Below are positions 47,198-57,469 of a DNA stretch of 64,000 nucleotides, one piece after another (positions within the stretch are counted from its first letter, which is position 1; each line of letters starts with the position of its first letter). A program made the position numbers and the translations under genes. The DNA is from Calcarisporiella thermophila CBS 279.70 (Eukaryota; Fungi; Calcarisporiellomycota): assembly GCF_041956535.1 (NCBI RefSeq), contig NW_027192209.1:384092-448091 (forward strand), read 5' to 3'. A model generated the notes under the pieces. The model had not been told where the DNA came from, made no database searches, and saw nothing but the letters and a program-made list of their open reading frames with translations.

Positions 47198-49218
47198 ATG
47201 AGCAATTCACATTTTAATAGTGTCGTATCCGAGCTTTCCTTCCCTACTTCTTCTCCCAAGCCTAGAACTCATTTGGAGCGTGCTCAATTCGCATGCACAT
47301 CTCGACTCATTACTTGTTTCATTAATGAGGATTTGATCAAAGGCTATTATCACACCCTCCCCGATAATGGCCTACGCTCTTGGTGTGTTGTTCCCATAGC
47401 TACAAATGGAGATATTTATATTATCAGTTTGAAGAATCCTCCTGTAGGTAGACGTGGGGTCTACAATTTAGAGATAACCCTGCTAGATCCACAGGACTTG
47501 ATGTTTCCTTTGTACAATGTGGAAAGTGGAAAGGTAAACCAGAGGCTTTTATGCTATTAGAGGGCAGTTGGCTCGTGTTTTAAACATTTCTCCTTCTCTT
47601 CGAAAGATTGTTCCTGAATATGATCCAGTCAGCACATTTCGAAAACTATCAAAAGCTGCTGGAGTAGAACGTAAGATATTCGAAGAGCTAGTACCGGAAA
47701 TCGAGAGTACGGTTATGTATATGGGTAGTCTATGATAAACTTAGAGAGATGAAGCCACATATTCAAAAAAATTTTTTTCATACACTAGAACATACTTTCG
47801 CAAACCGAGTTCCGGCCCCAACACTTGCCTCTTCGAGCATCGATTGGGAACAGAGTATTATTGAGGGACACCCACACCATCCAACGCATAAAGCTCGTTG
47901 TGCTGTTCCACCTATTCCACCCATAGCCCCCGGAAGTTTTGAGTTTAACACGATCAAACTTCGTTTTGTCTCTGTCCCTGCAACTGAAATGAATATAAGA
48001 GGCGAGTTTCTCCAGCTTATGTTTCCTTTGCTTGAGTATGCTGGGTTCAAGAACATTCCTCAAGATAAGGTTATTATACCACTACACCCTTTACAAGTTC
48101 CAAACGTGGAAGCTCGCTTCAAGGATCGAGGAATCAATGTCTATCCTCCGGAATTCACAGTTGAAGCACGTGTGCAGGCATCCCTTCGTACCGTCGTTCT
48201 ACCCGAAATTTTGCCTGGGTATGCAATTAAGCTAGCTTGTGGTATTAACATAACCTCGGCAATGCGAACTATTACCCCGTACACCGCACATCTCGGACCA
48301 GGGATTTCACGAGATATTATCCCTCGTCTTGAGATCGATCCCACGGTACTCGCTGTAGAATTAGAGCCGGGAAGTGCCTGGGCACGTCACTCTGATCCCA
48401 ACTACAGCAAACATCTTAGCTGCGTATTTCGGCAAGAGACGAGCGAGATGGACCAGGAGAAGCAGGGTGAAAGAGAGATTATTTGTGCGGCTTTGGTCGA
48501 AAGGGACCCAGATGCCAATGGTTCTGAAGAAAGCGTTTTAATTCGAAGATGGGGTCTCGATACTCGCGAAAAGGCTATGCAATTCCTTAAGCGCTACGCT
48601 AACATTGCATTCCGCGCGTTTCTTCCCCCACTACTTAAAAATGGATTTGCATTTGAAGCCCATCTACAGAATACGAAGGCATGTTTCGACCGGCAGACTG
48701 GCGAGCTAAAAAGCTTCCGAATCCGAGATTTCGGGGGAATTAAATTGCATCAAGAAACACTGGAGCTTACGACCGGGAGAAGGGTGGAAGTACTTCCTGG
48801 AAGCGTTATTGAAGCGGAAAATGCTAAGGACACCTATAAGCTACTCCATCATACCCTAATACAGTGTCATTTACAACAAGTGGTGCGAGCACTACAGCTC
48901 CACGCAGATGGCATTGGCTGGCAAATCGTGCGTGAAGAATTTATACAGCAAGTTCCTAGACAACACCCGCTTTTTAATGCCTGGCTTAACGAGGAGTATG
49001 TTTTGGGCAAATGCTTGATTCGAATGAAATTCGATGGTCTTTCTCGAGATGTGTGTATATTAGTATTTTATTCTAGTTATCTATTTGCGCTTTTAACACT
49101 TTATTTCTACCAGTATATCTACAGGTTGATACCTAACATTTTGCTATATCGACCTCCTACGGACGATCATATCAATACTAATCAAGACATTGCCTATGTG
49201 GCTGCTGAATCGAACTAG
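47198..49218 (+). CDS. NRPS-independent siderophore (NIS, IucA/IucC) synthetase, probable rhizoferrin synthetase
   Basis: WEQSIIEGHPHHPTHKAR, IPLHPLQ, QASLRTV, IKL..GINITSAMRTI, GFAFEAHLQN, IRDFGG, KCLIRM; introns near 47534, 47725 and at 49051-49113. Confidence 0.9.
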
Positions 49219-49349
49219 ACTTCTGCAGTACAATTTAGAATATGTAAAATATATATGGAAATAATCTAGAAAATAAAATCGAGTTAAAAAAAGAGCCTAT
49301 AAACTTGTAATTTTATCAAGAGATAAAGTTGAAATACAATTTCACAACG

Positions 49350-50271
49350 ATGGGGAACACTCAACCAAAAGGACAGAGGATCACTGTGCAAGATAAGGCT
49401 ATATTAGATCTGAAGATCCAGCGCGATAAACTTCATCAATACCAGAAGAGGGTAATTTGAAGCGCTTAAATTTTGACCAATGTTAAGCACTAGTAACCTT
49501 TTCCTCTTTAATTTAGATCCTACTCATCATAGATCGCGAGGTTGAAATTGCTAAGGTAGCCATCGTAAAGGGAGACAAACGTAGAGCTCTTCTTGCTCTT
49601 AAAAAGAAGAGATATCAAGAAAAACTTTTGGAAAAATCAGATGCCCATCTTATTAATCTTGAGAATCTGGTATTTTATACATTAATTCTATTTTCAAACT
49701 ATTTACTAAGCTCTTTACTATAGACAAATTCTATTGAATTTGCACTGGTTGAGAAGGAAATTCTTTCAGGTCTCAAGCAAGGCAACCAGGTACTTAAGGA
49801 ATTGCAGAAAGAGATGTCCGTTGAGAGTGTGGAGAAATTGATGGAGGAGACAGCGGATGCAATAGCATACCAGAATGTAAGTGAAAAATCAGTACTAATA
49901 CTAGCTATTAGAAATGGTATCTTACACTGTCAATATAATATAGGAAATTGATGAGTTACTGAGCTCCCAGATAAGCGCCCAAGATGAAGAAGATATTTTG
50001 GAACAGTTAGCACAAATTGAACTAGAGCAGAGAATAGGAAATGAGCTCCCAGAAGTGCCTACAACTGAGCCGATCAAGGATAAGGGTGAATTTTTTTCCT
50101 CAGAGTTCTGCATCTGTATATTTTGAAGTTTAATATCCTGTGCTATTTGTAGATGAAGTCCTTTCCGAAGAGGAAGAAAAGGAGAGCAAAGAGGAAAAGG
50201 TAGCATCTCGCAAAAACAAGCAGAAAGCCCAATCAAGTAGACAGCTTGAGCCCGCACTGCTAGCAGCTTAA
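49350..50271 (+). CDS. VPS20: ESCRT-III subunit Vps20/CHMP6
   Basis: N-myristoylation start MGN; 'ITVQDKAILDLKIQRDKLHQYQKR', 'ALLALKKKRYQE', 'SIEFALVEK', 'VEKLMEETADAIAYQ'. Confidence 0.92.
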
Positions 50272-50922
50272 GTTACTGGTGCAAATTTGTATTATATAAT
50301 AAATATCACGCTACATTTTGATCAGCATCTCCTCCATTGCATTTACTATAAAAAACTATGCTCGATCTATTCCCTCAAACCTAGCTTTACAAGACATGAC
50401 CGTAAGCGATTTAAACAAAAATGGCACTTTTAATCACAGGTAGATTATAGAAAATAGTTATCGTAAACCTTACTACTTTTGGCTATTACCCCTATATTTG
50501 TTGATAGCATAACTTACACTCGCTACATTATTCGTCCACTGTCGACTGCAAACCCCTTCTATCGACTTCGTTGAGTTAATTTTCTAAGGATGTGTTGAGA
50601 TAGACGAGGTGTGCAATATTAAAAAAAAAAATTGATCGAGTCAATATACGAGCCAATAATTACATTATTCGAGCTTGATAAACCTTTCTTGAAGTATATT
50701 ATGTAGCTTATAAATAGCTCTTAATCTCAATGAATTTTTTCTCAAGATCTAAGTGAAAGATTAGAACGAGTCATCAATAAGTGCATGCATTTCGTGAACT
50801 ACAAATATATCTTCACCTAAATTTTTATTTTCTTTTTTTTTATAACATGATTGGGAGCTTATATGTATTATTCAAAATGTTGAATATACGCTACTTTGCA
50901 TAGTTTTTTTTAGCCCAAGTAT

Positions 50923-51564
50923 TTACCAACCCCAACTACCGCAGCCATAAGGGACTCCGTACCCGATACTTCTAACGCCACAAGGCGAGATTCCGCCAAT
51001 CCTTCCAAGACCATAAGGCAAGATCCCCTGTCCAATTCCAGCTAAACCATATGCCGAGACACCAAATCCAATCCCTCCCATGCCGCCATATGGTATACCG
51101 TGGCTAATTCCCCCGCATCGCTTCACAACGGTGTTCGTATTAGCAACGTTGTACACATTGGCGTGGTTCTCTGCATTGGTGCATTCGTTAGCTTTGACAT
51201 TAGCAGCAAGGTTCGCACGATGCTTGCAGCAGCTATCCAAGTCGGCACCATTGGCATAATACGCGTTGTTGTAAACCCTAGGATAGCAGCCATATCCTCC
51301 ACATCCGCCATATCCTCCACATCCGCCATATCCTCCACATCCGCCATATCCTCCACATCCCCCATACACATCATATCCACATGGGTAAGACACGCCATAG
51401 GCACATGGGTAGCTCAAACCGTAAACAGATGGATTGCCGATACCATACGCGCCGCAACGTTTGTCGACAAGATTTTCTTCGTCAGTGAGAGGAGTAGCGA
51501 AAGAGGGGCAGACGACGGCAAGTAGAGCAAGAGGGAGAAGTACAAGGGAAGAGTTCTTGAGCAT
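50923..51564 (-). CDS. Intronless secreted Gly/Tyr/Cys-rich repeat protein with two Kex2 (KR) sites and an Asn/Ala-rich core
   Basis: Signal MLKNSSLVLLPLALLAVVCPSFA; VDKR|CG and VVKR|CG; (GCGGYG)4. A TATA box lies between the track's ATG (51681) and this ATG, so 51564 is the likely start. Confidence 0.8.
   Translation of the reverse strand: MLKNSSLVLLPLALLAVVCPSFATPLTDEENLVDKRCGAYGIGNPSVYGLSYPCAYGVSYPCGYDVYGGCGGYGGCGGYGGCGGYGGCGGYGCYPRVYNNAYYANGADLDSCCKHRANLAANVKANECTNAENHANVYNVANTNTVVKRCGGISHGIPYGGMGGIGFGVSAYGLAGIGQGILPYGLGRIGGISPCGVRSIGYGVPYGCGSWGW
51289..51360 (-). repeat. Perfect 18-bp tandem repeat x4 (GCCATATCCTCCACATCC on +), coding GCGGYG
   Basis: Four identical units, read directly. 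Confidence 0.95.
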
Positions 51565-51647
51565 TTTGTCCGAGTTTGTCTTTGATTGCTTTGCTTGTTT
51601 TTTGTTTGAAGTGTTCTGAATATGTGAATTATTTTGCAAAATCCGGT

Positions 51648-51654
51648 CTTTATA
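51648..51654 (-). promoter_or_regulatory. TATA box (TATAAAG) of the Gly/Tyr/Cys-rich gene
   Basis: About 85 nt upstream of ATG 51564, followed by an A/C-rich leader. Confidence 0.55.
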
Positions 51655-52451
51655 TTCTTTCCAACTCGGCACCTCCGTCATTAGTTTTATGCACTTTCAA
51701 CTTGATAATATCTCTTAAACAAGAGAATTCTTATTATACTAATTGATATCAAATGTTATTACCACATATTTGATGAACTCCCCGTCTAGGTCAAATTTAG
51801 GTAAGTAAACAGACTCTTGGAAGCTAGTTTGATATTTCAAAGTATGCACCCTTCGCTGAATGAATTTGTGTTGAGTATAGAACTATACCATTCGTACTAT
51901 CGTGTATGATGACTTTAAACCGCGCAGTTTGTTTCAGTGAGTATTAGAATGCCTTATTCCTCTAAGAGAAATATCAAATAATTCTATATGATTAATCAAG
52001 TAAATATAGGAGAAATTGAGATATTCTGAAGCATCTCTGACTTTGGTAAGTTAAAGCGAACAATACTAAGATAGTAGAGAAGGGCAGAAAACTTTGAAGA
52101 AGCCGAATAGTTTAGCAGTATAAAAAAAATCCTTGAATATATAAAATATTGTACATATCAATATCGGCATTATAGTTCTATAAGGCTTGGTATACACAAA
52201 TTATATTTCGCATATTGTCAAAGGACTTGGCCATTTTGGTTCCGAGTTTTTTCCCCCCCCAACTTCTATTCAATCCATTCAATTTGCCGCAAGGTGACGT
52301 TACCCAAGTAGCCTTTCCTCAACCCAGCAAAAAAAACGCGTTGAATCTCCCTTTATTAGCAGACTTACCAAGTTTTCTCTTTGTTAGCAAGTTCATCTCA
52401 GCCTTTTACTTATCATTTACATTATCATTATTTTTAGCTGCCAAAGCCAAC

Positions 52452-54294
52452 ATGGTATTAAATTGAATCATCTCTCAGTTTTATTTATATGAGTCTAGAT
52501 TTTAATGCAGTTACACTTCTCATAATTCATAGGATGAAGAATATGATGTCATTGTCTTGGGCACTGGCCTAACTGAATGCATTCTCTCTGGCCTTCTTTC
52601 TGTCGAAGGCAAGAAAGTGTTGCATTTGGACCGTAATGACTACTATGGAGGTGAGAGTGCTAGCTTGAACCTGACTCAAGTGAGTACTCGAGTGAAATTT
52701 GCATATATAATGAAAAGGCGGATAATAAATTAACATCATCTCATTCCTGATTAGTTTTATCGTAAATTCCGTGATGGTCAACAACAGCCGGCTGAATTTG
52801 GGCGTGACCGCGATTGGAATATTGATCTCATCCCCAAGTTCATGATGGCTGTAATTAGATTTTCGTATATATCGCTTAAAGGAGGACTTATTCAGCCCTC
52901 TTTTTATATTAGAACGGTGAATTGGTTAAAGTCCTTGTTCACACGGATGTAACTCGCTATTTGGAATTCAAGCAAATTGCAGGTTCTTATGTCTATCGAG
53001 ATGGTCGCATCTCCAAGGTTCCTGCCACAGAAATGGAGGCCGTTCGCTCTCCCCTCATGGGATTATTCGAGAAGCGTCGCGCCAAGAAGTTTTTCGAGTT
53101 CATTCAGAACTGGCGCGATGAAGATCCGGCCACTCACAATGGTATTTAAATATATTCTAACATAAAAATTTGCATAGTCAATATTAATTCTCGTAATAGG
53201 GGTTAACCTCGACACTTTGCCAATGTCTGAACTTTACAAGAAATTTGGACTTGAGCCTGGTACCCAAGACTTCATTGGCCATTCGCTAGCACTCCACTTC
53301 AATGATGAATACTTGAACCGTCCTGCTCGTGAAACTTACGATCGGATTATGCTCTATATGTCATCCATGGCCCGTTACGGAAAAAGTCCATATATTTATC
53401 CTCTATATGGACTGGGCGAATTGCCACAAGGATTTGCACGGTAAATGTATTCCAGTAATTTTTGAGCTTTAAAGAATTACAATTTTTCTCCTTATTTTTT
53501 AGTTTGAGTGCTATTTACGGAGGCACATATATGTTGGACAAGAAGGTTGATGAAATCGTGTTTGATGAATCTGGAAAGGTTTGCGGTGTGCGCGCCGGGG
53601 ACGAGGTAAGTTCTTATGCTATAGTAGGCTGTCGATTTGTTTGACCGGATTTGTTTCCATCGTTATAGACCGCCAAGTGCAAAGCCGTCATTTGTGATCC
53701 TTCTTATGCCCCGAATAAGGCGCGAAAAGTCGACTCAGTGGTGCGGGCTATTTGCATCCTTAAGCATCCTATCCCTAACACGGATAATGCTGACTCCGTG
53801 CAATTGATCATCCCCCAGAATCAAGTCGGTCGCAAGCATGGTGAGAACTGGTTATCTCATATCATGACAATCATATCTTGCTCAATTCCATGTTATTTCT
53901 AGACATTTACATTGCATGTGTATCGGCTGCCCACAATGTTTGCGCTAAAGACTATTATTTGGCGATTGTGTCGACCATCATTGAGACGGACAATCCGGAA
54001 AAGGAGATTCAGCCTGGATTGAATCTGCTTGGCCCGATTGTTGAACAGTGAGTCAACCTCCTTCATTACCAGTATTAAGGGTCGTTATGCTTACATGCAC
54101 TTGGTAGATTTATTTCGGTTTCCCCTATTGAAGAGCCTATTGCAGACGGCACGCAAGACCAACTCTTCATCTCGCGAAGCTACGACGCAACTTCGCATTT
54201 TGAAAGCGTGTGCGACGACGTCAAGGATGTTTACCGTCGTTTGACAGGCAAGGAGTTGGTGTTGAAGCAGCGCCCAAATGAGGCCGAGGCATAA
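52452..54294 (+). CDS. GDI1: Rab GDP-dissociation inhibitor
   Basis: M|[82 protein letters not shown]. Confidence 0.97.
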
Positions 54295-54575
54295 ATAGTT
54301 AGCAATCTTCCACATTTCTCTTTTTTTTTTCACTTTTTTTCTTATATTTTTTTGATACAGTATAAAGATCTGAAATAAATATTTCGAATAAAGTTTTAAT
54401 TTTTTTTTTAAATTCAGCACTCTTCGATTTTTTTTTTGTAACCCGAGCGTTAGACCCATTAGGTCAAAGGGTAAAGAGGGTGATTTGAATAACATAGGTA
54501 AGTGAAAATCCAGAAAAACCACTAATAAATGTTTACCATTAGGATGTGATTGCTTTCTTCATCATATTTTTAAAA

Positions 54576-55333
54576 ATGATTCGATGTTTACTCACATTAC
54601 TTCTCTTAGCGCCTGCATTTGCGCAAAACCAAACCTCCTCAGATGCCCCTTCTAATACCCCGATTAACATCCAAAACACTACGCTCCCTTTCTTGCTCGA
54701 AGGCGGGGCCAATGCTTCCGTTTCACTCTCTTTCAACGAAAATAAGACTTCCATAAGTCTATTCCTCCAGCCTTCTGCCAACGACACTCTCGAGCCTCGG
54801 TGTATGACTTTATTTTTCAACGCTCCACGTCTTGCAGATGAAGCAACTAAAGGCAAAACGACGGACAATAAAGAGGCGAATACAAGAGCATGCAATTTTA
54901 AGGGATGGGATGCAGATTGTGCCGATCATATTAGAATCAATGGCTGTGCTCCGGGGGGCCTTGTTTACACGTTGCCACCGACATGCGAGCAACGAGACAT
55001 GATTGCAAGTACGTATATATTGAGACACTTAATATGTTAGGGAGAGACTAAAAAGATGACATGTTTTATTCATTAGTTCCGATTAATATAACGGGCGTGG
55101 TGGGTAAAAACAACCCTGCTCAACCCATCTTCACAAGCACAACGTCTCTAGGGATGCGCATGCTTTCTAACTCGTCAGTTGCGATAGCATGGACTCGCGG
55201 TTCTGGAAATATGCAGACATCTACAACACTCACATGCAACAATGTCATCGCAAATGCTTCGATTAAATCATCGACCTTAGCTATGGGATGGATATTGATT
55301 CTGGTCGTAGCAAGTTCAGCTATACTTCTCTAG
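54576..55333 (+). CDS. Secreted, probably GPI-anchored, N-glycosylated protein; possible degenerate Cu/Zn-SOD-like fold
   Basis: Signal MIRCLLTLLLLAPAFA; many NxS/T sites; hydrophobic C-terminal tail after a small-residue omega region; one intron near 55009-55076. Confidence 0.7.
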
Positions 55334-55825
55334 AAAAGCTATATATATAGTTAGATATCATTATATTGTACTTTTTAGCGACTTCGTTTTGTCAATCCTC
55401 TATCCTTTCTATTATTAGAGAGGGAAAGAAAAAAATATAGACCTTCAATGCAAAATTTGGTTATTGATATCGACACAGCTTGAGATTAAATCATCCTCTT
55501 GATAGTTTCTTTCAAATTATCGTTGCAGTTTTTCACGAGATGATCCTGGTTTGATGGGTATAGCCCCGATTGTTCACAAGCATTAGTAAGCTCTCTAGTA
55601 ATTAGTTTTGATATCTCATTTTTCAGTAGGGGAAACCAATAAGACCAATGATGTTATTTTGACAGAAATGATCAGACAGAAGAGAGCAAAGCATAAATGA
55701 AAACGCTTTCAAACAGAATGATTTTTATTAGTATGAAGGCTGTGAGCAGATTTACTACTGGAGCCCGCGTGCTCTTTTTCAAACATTGGAAGAGCCACGA
55801 ATTTTTTTGGCGGGGGGTCAGGAGT

Positions 55826-56682
55826 TTACTTATTGGCAGGTTTCATGGTTTCCTTGCAGAGTTCAAATTCACCCACAACAGACTTGAACTGCTCAATGTT
55901 CTTACACATGGTAAAGTGGCGCGTCACATTTTGGTAGTCTTTGCGGAATTCTTCCTCAAAGAGGAATTGGAAGCCAAACTTCAGTGAGGTGAAAACGGCG
56001 ATATCCGCGAGGGTGATGGACTCACCAACCATATAGGTATGGCTGGCCAGGTGCTTGTCCAGACTGGCAAGTGCACGTTTGAGCGCGGTAATCGCCTTTT
56101 GATGCACAAACTCGTTGTATTGCATGTAGCCCATAAGAGGGCCACTCCATGCGGAAATGTGGGGGTTGAATTCATTTTCCGAATACAGAATCCACTGCCA
56201 GATCTGAGATGCCTCTTGTTTGTCTCGGCCAAGCAGGGGATTGTTATCTTTGGAGTTCGCAACTAGAAAAAGTACACACAGCCCGGATTAAATTCGCGTG
56301 CGTAAACAGTATTGCGAAAATAGATTTACCGTGGAACGCGATAGCGCTGCTTTCAAATAGCTTTAGCCCATCGGCGCCCTCAAAAGCCGGGACCTATAAG
56401 CAAGGTCAATTGTTTTCATTTCTCTCGTAATGTGCATTTCCAATGGTAAAATTCACCTTGCCAAGTGGGAACTTGGCGAGGAATTCCTTCGTATAATTGG
56501 TCTTGCCCATTTCGAAGTCGCCATCGATTTCTAACTCAGCACCACTATACTTGGCAGTGATGAGAATTTTCGCCACGCGTGGGTTGTGGGGGTAGGTGTA
56601 GAGTTTCTGTTATTACAGCATTCAATGTCGTGTTAATTATGAATTACTGAATATAAATCATAATACTCACACCGAAGACCAT
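55826..56682 (-). CDS. Stand-alone GST-like protein of the EF1B-gamma N-terminal class (no EF1G C-terminal domain)
   Basis: KLYTYPHNPR, EFLAKFPLGKVPAFEGADG..LFESSAIA, QWI, TYMVGESITLADI, NVTRHF; stops after KPANK. Confidence 0.85.
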
Positions 56683-56827
56683 TGTTCTCAAAAATTTTTA
56701 GAAAAAACCTGGGAATTAATTCTCGCCACATTTTCTCACCTTTTTACGCGCTCGATGGGGCGCATTTTTTCCGCAGCTAAGCTGAAGGGCTGAGGTTAAG
56801 TTCATTACTTGTTATGTATATATCAAG

Positions 56828-57179
56828 CGTGAGGTTGGGAGGACCAGAGGCAACAAAGAATTCAATTGGGATAGAGCAAAAGGAGGCAAAATGTGGCAGC
56901 GGTCGCGTTCCGAAGCTTCAAATTCAAGGATCAACAATAGAAAGAGTAGAAAGATCGCGCCTGATCCAGGAGGAAGACTAGCCCTTGCAAAGATTCTTAG
57001 TCCTTTCTATACTTTCTATTGTTTGAACTCTTTTTCCTAATCTTTGACTTAGTCTTCTGCTGCCTGGCATCAAACTACACCGAATCCAATGGTATATCTT
57101 GGATTGGTAACTTGGTATGCCGTCTACCCTAAGCCTCCTTTTTACGCTAGTATTTTCCCATCATGATTCCATACTCACG
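56828..57179 (+). ncRNA. Unclassified structured RNA candidate or degenerate inverted-repeat element
   Basis: Six nested complementary segments plus a side hairpin, with G-U pairs favouring the + strand (see findings). Confidence 0.45.
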
Positions 57180-57469
57180 GAGGTTTAAGAGCAGAGTAAT
57201 AATAGGCATAACTTGGACCAAAACCCTCAACCCAAACTGAGAAATTAGCGAGAAATTAAAATGGGCATCTCATATTTTCGGATGGATCGGACACGTATTC
57301 CTATTCAGTTGCAATTCGAATCAAATTCAGGTGGAGTTCAAAAGTGAACGCGTTCCTTAGCAATCATCTCTTCTCCCCTAGCTATCGGTTGAGGTTTAGA
57401 TTGATAAATCGGCTCGCACTCCTACTGAATCTTTTCCTCACCTAATATTCACTTCTTCAGAACCTCACC

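Noticed and set aside
51565-51681. 39-aa N-terminal extension of the Gly/Tyr/Cys protein in the ORF track
   Set aside because: It spans the TATA box and leader; the signal peptide begins at ATG 51564.
56960-57070. Cobalamin riboswitch reading of the structured element (CCAGGAGGAAGACTAGCC resembles a B12 box)
   Set aside because: The core motifs (AAxAGGGAA..GGTG, GCCACTG, AGYCRGAANACCTGCC) are absent and it is not next to a B12 gene.
57124-57236. Telomerase RNA template (CTACCCTAAG; AACCCTCAACCC)
   Set aside because: Neither gives a clean 1.5-repeat template for TTAGGG, and no other telomerase domains were recognisable.
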